Origin: Octopus sinensis
Lineage: Eukaryota
Reading direction: 5' to 3'
NCBI RefSeq assembly: GCF_006345805.1
Contig: NC_042997.1
Span: 86,614,001-86,678,000 of the forward strand
Length of the DNA stretch: 64,000 bases
Shown here: piece after piece, positions 1-12,110 of the stretch
Numbering within the stretch: position 1 is the stretch's first letter
How the letters are laid out: each line of letters opens with the position of its first letter
The notes under the pieces: generated by a model
The model's input: the letters and a program-made list of their open reading frames with translations, nothing else
Told to the model about the DNA's origin: nothing
Database searches by the model: none
Made by a program: the position numbers and the translations under genes

Positions 1-243
1 GTTGACCTAACCAAAGCAAATATTACACTTGTTTAAAGAGTTGGAAACCATTTTAATTTTATAAAACCTCGCAATTTGTCAGCCAGTTTTTCAGTTGTCA
101 CAGCCCATTCACCCATCCATGAGAAACACTGCATTTAACTCACTCTGTTAATGGCATTGAAAGAGAGTGCATCCACTCTTCAAGTTTCTGGAATCTCCTA
201 AAGAAGGCCTTTGGCTAGTGAAGAATAATTCTATTAGACCTAA

Positions 244-1007
244 GCGGCAAAGGTAAAGAATGTGTACACCCAACATTTTCCGTGTCGTTTTTTTGCAAAA
301 ATTTTTTTGGATTTCTATGTTTTTGATGATACAGGAGAATATGATTTTGCCCAAAAATCACGTTTTCAAAATTTTTGTTTTCCCCCACTTCACCCCACCC
401 CAATTTCTTAATTTTTGACTTTCTCGAATTGTTTTTTTAAAATTTTTCTTAAAGAAACACTCAAATCCCCTTCTCCAACCTCCACCCATCACCCCTGAAT
501 GTTTTACTTTTAGCTTTTGTGAAAGCGAGGAAGTTTTTCCAGAAATTATGTCGTTTAGCTGTTGTTTCTACCATGTCGGGATTTCTGGTGGTGGTCTGAT
601 ATTTTTGTCGTCTGCTATTTCAGTAAAATTCTGCACATGTGTGAAACATCAATCGAAAGTGAAACATTCTGGGTTTTTATTGTTTTGAAAGCGAGGAGGT
701 GATGCGTGGGGAGGTATTGAGTGTTTCGTAAAGAAACATTAAAAGTAAAAAAAAAAAATTCCCAGATTTATAATCTCTATTTTCTATGTGGATTAAAAAA
801 AAAAAATTCGGAAAAAGTTAGCAGTTAAGAAATTGGGGTGGCAAAACTAAAATTTTGAAATTGTGGTTTTTGGGCAAAACCGTATTCTCCTATATAGAAA
901 ACATAGCAACCCAACAAAAATTTTTTGAAAAAAGAAAAAAAAAAGAACAAAAGAAACAAAAAGTACTGAAGATGTTGGGTGTATACATTCTTTACTTTCG
1001 CCCACCT
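244..1007. mobile_element. Foldback/MITE-like non-autonomous DNA element with long imperfect terminal inverted arms
   Basis: Left arm begins taagcggcaaaggtaaagaatgtgtacacccaacat (241-277). The reverse complement of the right end reads ttaaggtgggcgaaagtaaagaatgtatacacccaacat (971-1010). Inverted similarity continues inward (gagaata..ttttgcccaaaaa..tttcaaaatttt..accccaatttcttaa). TAA/TTAA-like flanks; superfamily unresolved. Confidence 0.6.
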
Positions 1008-2029
1008 TAAGCAGCAGTTAAGTGCGGTTCGATTACTAGCGTTGCGTGCAAAAGAACCAAATGTCTCCTTGCTCGACCGGCTAGAAGTAGTAGCGATTTC
1101 CCCTTTAAACTAGATATTACGAAATTAGAAAAGGAAGGACACATTAGATAATCGAGTCATGGATACATCGTCTGCAAGTAAGGTGAGATGGTCATCACTG
1201 GGACGTTTTAAGCATAGATTTATTCAACCAGAGCTGACCTGGGGCTAAAAACAATAACAACGAGGTTTATTATTGCTGATACAAACATATGTGTTATGTG
1301 TTATACACATGTGCATACACGCTCGCCTATACCTACTATATCCGTGCATGGCGGAGTGGTTACGAAGTTCACTTCGTAATTAAGAAGCCCCACCACCCCG
1401 AGTTTGAACTTACTGCGTGGAACCTTAGGTAAGTATCTTTTTACCATATATTCGAGTTGATCAAGTCCCTTCTGAGTGAAATTGTTGATAAAACCTTCAG
1501 AAAGACTATCTAAAGTTCGAAAAACCAGCCTCGGCACACACTGCATCTCACTGATTTTGTATGGTAATTACGTTAGGAGTACACATGTCTGTGGAATACT
1601 TAGCCACTTAAACTATAATTCAGTAAGTATGTAGTTCAGTTAATCAAACATATGGAACTTTTATCATCGTAACCGACTGAGATCCAATAACTTGACTTCG
1701 TACTTATGTAAAACACTTGCAAACTCATACACATGTACGTATGTATGAATATATGTAAACAGAGACACACATAAACAAACATGTGACTATATATATATAT
1801 ACACCCCTAAACGTTTACACAAACGTACGCATACGAAAATATATAAAACGGAAAAAAAAAAAAAGATTGTGTCAACAAAAGAACTTTGTTTGTTTTCCAG
1901 GAAAAGTAAACTCTCGTCATAGATTAAATGAGAAGGAACAATTAAAGTCATAAAGGGGTTAGACGAGAAAAAGATAAGAGAAACGTGACAGTTATACTTA
2001 AAAAAGGTCGAGAAGAGGATATTAGGTCA

Positions 2030-2350
2030 GGAAATCCGGGTACTACGTTTTAATCGCTGTCTATTTTATAAGCGGTGTTAAGTGAAATAATTTCATTTCA
2101 AGAGGAAAGAATGTCTGCTGTTGCTCGTCTTGCGGGCAAAGTTGCCGTTGTTACTGCTTCCAGTGATGGGTAAGTTTCCGAATTATTTACCTATGTAAAA
2201 CCGTTGAATATCGCGTTTCATGTTACAGTGAACGACCCACCAGCAACTGTATGGTCGCGACAACATTCGGGAGAAAAGCTTTCCTCTCCTGTATCGAAAG
2301 CACCGAAACAGGTATCGATTGTCGCTGATTAAGATTTTCTCCGCTTTACC
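2030..2350 (+). promoter_or_regulatory. CpG-retaining region around DHRS4 exon 1 (likely promoter / 5' end)
   Basis: CpG dinucleotides are visibly frequent around the start codon compared with the CpG-poor introns. An in-frame TAA at 2069-2071 upstream of ATG 2111 supports that start. No TSS can be fixed from sequence alone. Confidence 0.45.
2111..2169 (+). CDS. DHRS4: DHRS4-like SDR, exon 1 (MSAVARLAGKVAVVTASSDG)
   Basis: ATG 2111; the TASSDGIG glycine motif (DHRS4-type TASTDGIG) is completed by exon 2; donor GTAAGT at 2170, phase 2. Confidence 0.93.
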
Positions 2351-2498
2351 AATCATTCATTCACGTTTGTTTGTGTTGTTATTGTTTAACACAATCAAAG
2401 ACATTCCAGTTTTGTTCTTTTTCACCTGCAGTATTTCGAGAACAACGTTATCAAATGTGTCCTTTTTTCTTTAAGATAATAGTTGTGATTTGATGGAA

Positions 2499-2558
<60 letters not shown>

Positions 2559-2571
2559 GAAATACATATAT

Positions 2572-2671
2572 NNNNNNNNNNNNNNNNNNNNNNNNNNNNN
2601 NNNNNNNNNNNNNNNNNNNNNNNNNNNNNNNNNNNNNNNNNNNNNNNNNNNNNNNNNNNNNNNNNNNNNNN
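2572..2671. other. Assembly gap (100 N) inside a (TA)n tract
   Basis: Run of exactly 100 N flanked by TA microsatellite. Confidence 0.99.
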
Positions 2672-2736
2672 TATATTAAATACATATATATATATATAAA
2701 TACATATAATATATATATATAAATACATATATAATA

Positions 2737-3548
2737 TGTCTGGCCCCTGTGTCGGTGGCACGTAAAAGCACCATCCGTTCGTGTTCGTTGCCAGCCTCGC
2801 CTGGTCCCGTGCTGGTGACACGTAAATGCACCGTCCCTTTGTGGCCATTTGCCAGCTCCGTCTGGCCGCGTGTCGGTGGCACATAAAAGCACCGTCCGTT
2901 CGTGTCCGTTGCCAGCCTCGGCTGGCCCCCGTGCCGGTGACACGTAAAAGCACCGTCCGTTCGTGGCCATTTGCCAGCTCTGTCTGGCCCCGTGTCCGTG
3001 GCACGTAAAAGCACCATCCGTTCGTGTTCTTTGCCAGCCTCGGCTGGCCCCCGTGCAGGTGACACGTAAAAGCACCGTCCGTTCGTGGCCGTTTGCCAGC
3101 TCTGTCTGGCCCCATGTCGGTGGCACGTAAAAGCACCATCCGTTCGTGTTCGTAGCCAGCCTCGGCTGGCCCCCGTGCAGGTGACACGTAAAAGCACCGT
3201 CCGTTCGTGGCCGTTTGCCAGTTCTGTCTGGCCCCGTGTCGGTGGCACGTAAAAGCACCATCCGTTCGTGTCCGTTGCCAGCATTGCCTGGCCCCGTGCC
3301 GGTGACACGTAAAAGCACCATCCGTTCGTGGCCGTTCGCCAGCTCTGTCTGGCACCTGTGCAGGTGGCACGTAAAAAACACCCACTACACTCACGGAGTG
3401 GTTGGCGTTAGGAAGGGCATCCAGCTGTAGAAACACTGCCAAATCTGACTGGGCCTGATGAAGCCTTCCGGCTTCACAGACCCCAGTTAAACCGTCCAAC
3501 CCATGCTAGCATGGAAAACGGACGCTAAATGATGATAATGATGATGAT
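2737..3548 (+). mobile_element. Family D RTE-tailed non-autonomous retroelement with expanded internal ~61-bp minisatellite
   Basis: About 10 tandem units with a cacgtaaaagcacc core, then ggcgttaggaagggcatccagctgtagaaac ... ccatgctagcatggaaaacggacgctaaa(gat)n. RTE assignment inferred from the tail type. Confidence 0.7.
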
Positions 3549-3554
3549 AAATAC

Positions 3555-3719
3555 GTATATATATATATCGAAATACATATAATATATATAAATACATATA
3601 TATATATATATATATAAATACATATATATATATATATAAATACATATATATATAAATACATATATATATATATATATATATAAATACATATATATATATA
3701 TATATAAATACATATATAT

Positions 3720-3752
<33 letters not shown>

Positions 3753-4162
3753 AATACATAAAATATATATATAAATACATACATACATATATGTAATATA
3801 TACACACACACATATGTAAATACATATATGTATATATATATACACACACACATATGTAAATGCATATATATATATATACACACACACATATGTAAATGCA
3901 TATATATATATATATACACACACACATATGTAAATGCATATATATATATATATATATAAATACATACATACATATATGTATATATATACACACACACATA
4001 TGTAAATGCATATATATATATATATATAAATACATACATACATATATGTGTATATATACACACACACATATGTAAATGCATATAATATATATATTATATA
4101 TATATATATATATAAATACATACATACATATATGTATATATATACACACACACATATGTAAA

Positions 4163-4207
<45 letters not shown>
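3555..4207. repeat. Compound (TA)n/(CA)n microsatellite with a recurring tatacacacacacatatgtaaatgca unit
   Basis: Directly visible; source of the YIYI-type ORFs. Confidence 0.95.
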
Positions 4208-4209
<2 letters not shown>

Positions 4210-4220
4210 TGTGCTTACCT

Positions 4221-4466
4221 TGGATCGTGGCACGTAAAAAGCACCAACTGATCGTGGCCGTTGCCAGCTTCTCCTGGCACCTGTGCCGGTGGTACGTAAA
4301 AAGCACCCACTACACTCACGGAGTGGTTGGCGTTAGGAAGGGCATCCAGCTGTAGAAACACTCCCAGATCAGACTGGAGCCTGGTCAGCCTCCTGGCTTC
4401 CCAGACCCCTTTCGAACCGTCCAACCCATGCTAGCATGGAAAACGTTAAACGATGATGATGATGAT
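4221..4466 (+). mobile_element. Family D copy (short array)
   Basis: Same body and (gat)n tail as 2737-3548 with about one internal unit. Confidence 0.75.
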
Positions 4467-4520
4467 ATACATATATATACATTCTCTCTCTCTCTCTCTC
4501 TCTCTCCGTATATTATATAT

Positions 4521-4577
<57 letters not shown>

Positions 4578-6404
4578 CATATATATACATCCCTACAGAA
4601 AATGTCAGAAAGATAAGTCAGTTATTCCTCTGCAATTTTTTGTAAATTCTTAAATATATCTCCTTCTGTGTGTATATATATTACCAAACAAACTTGATTT
4701 TTATTGAACTCATAATACTTTTTGTAGTCCCATTCTGAATACTTGTAAACTGCTTTTAGCATTTTCTTAATATTATCAAAGAATTTATAACTGTATTTTA
4801 ATATTTTTGTGATAACCAGTACTGAATACAACAAAGCTTTACATTTTACTTTTGACAATCTTTTTTTAAACAAGTGAAACAGGTCAAGTGAATAAGCATC
4901 TTTAAAATTGCATTTTCAAACCTTCTTTTATATATATATATATATATATACACAACTCCATTGTCTTTCAAGACAAAACAACAAATATATATATATACCA
5001 TCATCATCATCATCATTTAACATTCGCTTTCCATGCTGGCATGGCTTGGACAGTTTGATTGAGGACTGGCAAGCCAGTAGGCTGCACTAGGCTCCAATCT
5101 GATCTATATCTATCTATTTATCTATCTATATATAATATATTGCTCTCAATTTATCTATCTATATATAATATATTGCTCTCAAAGTCACTCACCTCAGGAT
5201 GTGCAGATGCACAACTACTACCTGATCATGTTTATATAATATTTATGTAATAATATGAAAAACTCAGCAACTACAGCTGTTAACTGATGCACAAAAACAA
5301 TTATTGTGATTTGTGATTAAAGCCCATTCACTCCATGTTGTTTTATGAATTTTACACACACACACACATGTATCGTATATTCATATATATATATGTATGT
5401 ACAAAAAAAATCAGATTGTTATAACTCTATCCAAAGCTGACCTGGAGCTAAACAACATTGATCTTCAGCTTTATATCAGCATACCACTAATTTTGCATAG
5501 CACACTTTTATCTTGTTCCCTTTTCGATGATAAGTCCAAAAGTCCACTATATAAGTAGGGCAGTGTTGATAACTTCTAGTGTATTAATATTTACAAAAGT
5601 ATTTTTATATTTGTTTCTCTTAAAAACATTTTTCCTAATTTATTCGTTTACTATTTCTTGTAATTAGACTGTGGTTACTAGGGCAACATTGTCAAGGATT
5701 TCAGTTGATTCCATCAATCCCTGTAATTTGCCTAGTATTTACTTCATCTTATAATTGAATATATTGAATACTGGCTTAACTTTCTTCTTGTAGCTGATTA
5801 CAATAATAAATGAATAAAATTGCCATTATATACAAATTTAGGAATTGTGAATCTTGAAGCAAATAAAGTTATAAATAATAGTATGTAAATATTGCATCAA
5901 AAATCTTTTGAATAGGAAAAGTCAAAGGCTACCTGTGGAACTCAAACCCTGTAGACATGACTGGCATTCTAACATTGATCCAAAGCAAGCCTTCAGATTT
6001 CTTTGTGTTTTACAAACTCCATTCTTACCAGTGAGAATTGTATGTTGTTGATGTCTTAAGAATTTAGAAACTTTCAGAGACATGAAACAATTCTTATTAG
6101 AAATGATGAATCTCATAGCTATAAATAATAGCATGTAGTAGCAGTTTAGTTTGGAAGTGGGAAAGCAATCAAGGGTATTAGGTGTATGGATATCTGTCAG
6201 GGATATATGTGAAGTATGAAACTAGTTGATGTAGAGAGTTAAGGATTGGAAAAGAGTTGGTTTTCTCAGTTGTGAAAGGAGTATAAAGGAGTAGAACGAA
6301 CTTGAAAAAAAGAAGTATATCTATATACTGTTCTGGGGATAACACTAAAAGCACTTGACATCTTGTTGAAAGAAATGATTTATATTTTTATTTTTAATTT
6401 ACAG

Positions 6405-6582
6405 AATTGGCTTTGCTATTGCGAAGAGGCTAGCAGAAGATGGTGCTAAAGTAATGGTTAGTAGTCGTAAAGCAGCCAAAGTTGATGAAGCAGTGTCTAG
6501 TCTCACTTCAAAAAGTTTGGATGTTGCAGGAACAGTCTGCCATGTTGCAAAACCTGAAGACAGAAAGAAACTTGTTGAAGAA
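6405..6582 (+). CDS. DHRS4: DHRS4-like exon 2 ([22 protein letters not shown]...[15 protein letters not shown])
   Basis: Acceptor tttacag at 6404, donor GTTAGT at 6583; 178 nt in frame with exon 1; the basic residue in SSRK suggests NADP(H) preference. Confidence 0.95.
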
Positions 6583-7316
6583 GTTAGTACAATGTTTTAA
6601 CTATTCTGAATTTGTTTTTGTTTCTTTTTTTAACTTTTTGTTGGTAAAACAATAAATTGGTTCATATGCTCATTTTCTGGGGGTTAAATCCTGATGCAAT
6701 TCTCTATGCCTTTCATTTCTTTAAGGGTGAATAAAATAAATATCAGAATGAAAAGTAATGGGCTCTTTGGTTATTCCTTCAAATTTTATCAGTGTTATTT
6801 ATCTCACAGTCAAACCTTGACTGAATTATCATCCAATCTTGACCACCTTGCCTTTTTTATACATGATTGTCTAATGTATACTTTAGTGACAATAGGATGT
6901 GTGGGAGATTTGGTTGCTATTTCTAACAGATAAAACAGCCACATAGGGGGTCCCTTGTTAAAATAGTCTCTTTTTCAAGCCTCTGTTGATAAGATGTTTA
7001 TGTACTAACTATATTGGTATGCAGTGAAACCCTGTTACTACATGGCGAAATGAGTGATGAGCTGCGATAAGAAATTTTTGGTGAATTGACACTGTGTATT
7101 GACTTTGATTCTTCTTTCAACAATGTTTTGCTGAAATCAAAAGAATCTTAGGAAAATCAGAAATGTAGCAAATTTTCACACCCTTTCCTTTTAAGCATTT
7201 AGCTTCCATGCTTAGAAAGAACATTGTTATGATTTTTATTATATTTTTTTTTGGTCTGGCCTGATTTATAGTGATGTCAAGTAAATTAAATAATTTGCTC
7301 TTTCATGCACGCACAC

Positions 7317-7377
<61 letters not shown>

Positions 7378-7744
7378 AAGAGAGATAGGAACATCACAGA
7401 CATTTCAATGAATGCAAAGAATAAAAGAAGCTAAAAAGTTTGTTTTGCAGCCAGACATACATTTCTCAGACATTCAAATCTGTAATTTATGTGGACTTTG
7501 GAGCAATGTCAAAGACAATTGCATATACACCTAAACACAGGTACAAATTTTGCTGAGCAAGAAATACTCAAATAGAGGCATTTCTGCTACATCTATCTGA
7601 TGAATTAAGACATTCAATATCTTAATAATTCAATCATTGAAAACATTCAAACCTTGAACATGGAAGAGGCACAATAATGAGAAATGATATTGTAACAAAG
7701 TTGTGTTCATAAAGACTTCATTGCCCTGCCTGAAAAATTTAAGG

Positions 7745-7950
7745 TTGTGAACTGGCAGAATTGTTACCACACTGGACAAAATGCTTAGTGGCATTTCTCC
7801 TGGGTTTAATATCTGAGTTCAAATATCACCAAGGTTGACTTTGCCTTTCATCTTTTTGGGGTTGATAAAACTAAGCACCAGGGTCAATGTAACTGACTGG
7901 CCTCTTCCCACCAAAGTTTAGATCTTGTGCCTATAGTAGAGAGGATTATT
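7745..7950 (+). mobile_element. Family B tRNA-derived SINE, degenerate, tail variant 2
   Basis: gagttcaaat B-box region, gactttgcctttcatc..ggggttgataaaa..agcaccag core, gatcttgtgcctatagtagagagg tail. Confidence 0.65.
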
Positions 7951-8864
7951 ATTGTTGTTTTGTGACACTCCATTGACTATGATGACAAAGGTTCTACTTA
8001 ATCCAATCAATAGATTATCCTGCTTGTGAAATTAATGTGCAAGTGGTTGACCACTTCACAGACACATGTAACCTTTATGTAGTTCTCAATGAGATTCAGT
8101 TTGACACAGAATTTGTCAAGGCTGGCCCCTTTGAATTACAGGTACTACTATTTTTGCCTGCTGATTGGATTCCAGTGATTGAACTCATGGCCTTACGATC
8201 ATGAACCGTACACCCCTAACCACTAAGCCATGTACCTTCACTGTTCATTATTGTTGTTACTGTTGTCATTTAGACCTAGGTCGATTGTGACTGAACAGAC
8301 CCAGTCAACGATACTGGAGCTATTAGTCCTGGTGCTCCACTCTTACTACCTTTCCTCTGCAAAAATAATAAGGGTTTCTGACATAGGCACAAGGTTTTAT
8401 ATTTTAGAGGTGATATAGTTAATCGTATCAGCTACTCTAGTACATTTGACTGATATGTTATTTCATCACATCCAGAAGGATGAAAGGTAGAGTTGATCTT
8501 TGTAAGATTCAAACTTAGAATTGTGGAACATAAGTAAATATCACGCAGCACTTAGTCTAATGCTCTACTAACTCTACCAATACATTGGCTCTTGCAATAA
8601 TAAAATAAATATTAAATAATGGTTTCTGATTTAGGCACAAGGCCAGTAATTTTGATTAGGTATGTCAGAACGATTGGCGCTCCAGTTCTTGATTTTATCA
8701 ACTCTGAAAGGATAAGTTGACTTCAGTAGGATTTGAACTGTGAATGCAAAGAGCCAAAACAAATGTTGCAAGACATTTTTCCAAGCTCTAACAATTCTAT
8801 CAAATCGACTGATACCCACCAAGTATTCTCTTTAATATATAATTTTTATTTTCTCTTTCTCTAG

Positions 8865-8942
8865 ACACTTGCAAAGTTTGGTGGTTTGGACATCTTAGTA
8901 AATAATGCTGGGATCAATCCTGTCTTTGGGCCAGTATTAGAT
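8865..8942 (+). CDS. DHRS4: DHRS4-like exon 3 (TLAKFGGLDILVNNAGINPVFGPVLD)
   Basis: Polypyrimidine tract + ctag acceptor, GTAAGT donor, SDR NNAG motif, phase 0/0. Confidence 0.95.
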
Positions 8943-9140
8943 GTAAGTATCTTCCTTCCTTCCTTCTTTTTTTCTTAGAGAAGCAAATAACTAACATTAG
9001 AGTCCAAGAAATTCTTCACACAAAAAATAATAATAATAATGGTTGTGAACCTCTGGAGATACTTTTACTGAAACATGGAGACAACTGAAATAAATGACCA
9101 GATGTCTTGTTACATCTTTAACTACAGATCAGGCATTGCC

Positions 9141-9242
9141 TTCTTCTGCTTATGTATGTTTATCCTTGAGTTATCTCTGATCAAGTTGTTTTTCTTCTGC
9201 TTATGTATGTTTATCCTTGAGTTATCTCTGATCAAGTTGTTT
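9141..9242. repeat. Perfect 51-bp tandem duplication
   Basis: ttcttctgcttatgtatgtttatccttgagttatctctgatcaagttgttt occurs twice, adjacent. Confidence 0.95.
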
Positions 9243-9680
9243 TATTGGTTCTTCGCTAAAGCACAGCACAGTTAAAATGGTACTTTGACTATTATTTTAA
9301 ACAGGAGTTACCTTTCTTTTTGTATTGACTTCCTCACTTAACTGCTCCATATTAAACTTAACCATATCCACCCCAAATTTCGACTTGTTTTATGATCAAA
9401 ATGGCCAGATCTGGTGTATCACACCTACCCTACAATATCTTTCTAAAAATATTCAATTACATCATCAAAATCTTGAAACTGTGAGATAATGCATTATTAC
9501 TTTAAAATAATATGAATAAATAATTATTACATTTGACCAAATAATGTGAATGCTAAAGAGTTAATGTATAATTATATAATGTACTCGCAGAGATACCCAG
9601 CATTGCTCGGGATTAAAACAGCATAGCTTTTTATTCTTTTACTTGTTTCATTTATGTGGCTGTAGCCATGCTAGAGCACA

Positions 9681-9970
9681 TAAAAAGCACCATCCGAATG
9701 TGGCCAATGCCAGTGACACCTCGACTGGCTTCCGTGCCGGTGGCATGTAAAAAGCACCATCCAATCATGGCCGATGCCAGCACGTAAAAGCACCCACTAC
9801 ACTCTCAGAGTGGTTGGCATTAGGAAGGTCATCCAGCTGTAGAAACACTGCCAGATCAGATTGGGGCCTGGTGCATCCTCCTGGCTTTCCAGACCCCAGT
9901 CAAGCGTCCAACTCATGCCAGCATGGAAAACGGACGTTAAACGATGATGATGATGATAATGATGATGATG
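9681..9970 (+). mobile_element. Family D copy
   Basis: Two internal units, aggaaggtcatccagctgtagaaac body, cggacgttaaac(gat)n tail. Confidence 0.75.
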
Positions 9971-10810
9971 AATACATGGTTTAGTGAGTAGCTGCTGTGC
10001 TTTGGTCACTGGGATTGTGGGTTCGAGATGAATCATATGTACTTTTCTCTGATATGAATAGAAGAATCTCATGCAATGTATTGAGATTTATTAAAGCATT
10101 TTTGCTGAAGTTGCATCAAAGCAGGATGATATTATAGATAAGTCATGTTTTTGATTTCATTCTATAGTTAAAACTGTTGAAAGCATTTGCTTTGTACATT
10201 TTTTCTTTCAATAATTTTAATAACATAGTCACAATGGAAAGGTAAAGATAAGTGAACCAGTATTTTCTCATTCTAAAGCTCCTTTATTTCTTGAGATAAT
10301 AAAAACAATAGACAGCAACTCTCAAGATAGAAGACACGAAAAAGGTTTAACAAAGAATTTAGTTTTCCAAGATATTCTCTCATAAGGTTGTACTACATAT
10401 TACTACATAAATGGACATTTTACAAATTAGAAAAAAGTTTTCTAAAGAAAATATATTGTTCAAGGTCCGCTCTAAATTTCCAACTATTTCATAATTTTCA
10501 AACCATGGAATTTCCATGGGCAATGCTAGTAGTATATTATTGTAGCTTGTATTTTTATCACTGGACACTTTTTCTACTGTTAAGCATTCAACTGTGAATT
10601 AAAAGTGGAACCTGTTTTCAGCTAGGTAGACAAAGACAAGTAAACTTAAGTTATTTGCTTTGAGGCAGCACACACTAATGATAATAATAATTTTAATTTT
10701 GTAATCACATGCTCTGTAAGTTATCATTTTCCTAATTCACTGTATTCCATAATCACTTACCAGTATAAAAATGTTGATATAAAACTAATACTTTTCACCA
10801 TTTCTTTCAG

Positions 10811-10834
10811 ACTTCTGAAGATGCTTGGGATAAG
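10811..10834 (+). CDS. DHRS4: DHRS4-like exon 4, 24-nt microexon (TSEDAWDK)
   Basis: tttctttcag acceptor, GTAAGG donor; the peptide fills the gap expected from DHRS4 homologues (human VTEEVWDK); phase 0/0. Confidence 0.88.
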
Positions 10835-11212
10835 GTAAGGAGAATTATTTATATATACAAATGAATAGAATATTTACATTCAGGGAAGACCTGCAAGCAG
10901 ATTATTAATCTTTTTCCACAATTTAAATATTTTAAGCTGCTTATTTCCTCAAGTAGACCTGGAATAGTGAGGGCATGTTATTGATGAGGTTGCAAATGAC
11001 AATGAAAAGATTTTAACCTGTGTGTCTGTTTATTATTGGCATTAATCTTCTCAAGATACAACAAAATGTGTTTCAACACATGGGTTCATATCAAGATGCT
11101 TGCAAACAAAATATGAAATGAAATACTTCATGAAACATTTTTTGAAAGAATGTCTATGATCTTTCTACTAGTTTAGTAATTAACAATTATTTTATTAAAT
11201 CCCTTCAAATAC

Positions 11213-11404
11213 TTTGAACATTTGAGACAATATGACGACAAAAAACAGTCCTCCATACTCTACCAACATGCAAAGGACCAACATGGCAGTAACCTGGGTC
11301 AACTTGACATACGCATCTTATCCAAGCACCCAAAGGACCCAACACTCTGACAAATATGGGAGTACATCCTCATAAATGCAACTTCCCCTATACTAAATAG
11401 GAAA
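11213..11404 (+). mobile_element. Penelope-like element remnant, C-terminal half of the GIY-YIG endonuclease
   Basis: Translates FEHLRQYDDKKQSSILYQHAKDQHGSNLGQLDIRILSKHPKDPTL*QIWEYILINATSPILNRK, matching the PLE pattern EH..S.L..H...H..IL..R.I.E..I..P.LN; the stop is probably CGA>TGA. Confidence 0.55.
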
Positions 11405-11479
11405 TATACATAGTAGATACCATACCCCACATACCCACAGTTTACACAGGTAGAGTAGAATAGTTAGTGGGCTGTTATG

Positions 11480-11546
11480 TAGATAGATGTATGTATGTGT
11501 ATGTGTGTGGGTGTATGTATATATATATATCTGTGTGTGTGTGTGT

Positions 11547-11577
<31 letters not shown>

Positions 11578-12110
11578 TGTATGTATGTGTGTGTGTGGGT
11601 GGGTATTTGAATATATATATCTGCACATGTATATAAGCATATGGATATGAAAGTATACAGATCAACATATCAATGTACAGACAGATAGTTACATAGGTTA
11701 TATGATCAAACAAGCACACATACGCAAATGAAGACTGAAACACATGACCATATATACATACAAAATTTACGTCATACAAGGACACATATGGAGACATACG
11801 TCCACACATATGGAGATGCACATCCATACATACAAACATGGTACATAGTTGCAAAACACACACACATTCATACACTCAGACATGCACACACATACAAACA
11901 CACACACATGCACATACATAAAAACACAAACATGGACATGCAAACACATGAATATGCAGAATACATACATACAAATGTACACACATAGATAGATACATAT
12001 GCACATACACACATACATGCATACACACACAAGCATACATACATACATGCATGCATATATAGGCACACACACACTGAGCCACACACATGCACACAAACAA
12101 AGGAAAAGGA
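11480..12110. repeat. Degenerate (CA)/(TG)/(GA) microsatellite field
   Basis: Directly visible low-complexity tract. Confidence 0.9.

Noticed and set aside
2745-2830. Pistol- or twister-like fold in family D units
   Set aside because: Hairpins and an A-rich linker are present, but the conserved catalytic nucleotides and pseudoknot spacing could not be placed.
2737-3370. Regularly spaced repeats resembling a CRISPR array, or coding ORFs 2501..3499, 2530..3381 and 2676..3308
   Set aside because: There are no unique spacers: whole units repeat. No cas genes, and the context is a eukaryotic intron. The ORFs are minisatellite read-through spanning an N gap.
3454-3480. CTGATGA followed by a hairpin (possible hammerhead)
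   Set aside because: No GAAA after the stem, and other family D copies read ctggtgca here, so the core match is coincidental.
3487-4233. Long YIYI/CVCV ORFs (also 11393-12161, 30004-30411, 39044-39373, 53489-53952)
   Set aside because: Stop-free translations of TA/CA microsatellites with no splice context or homology.
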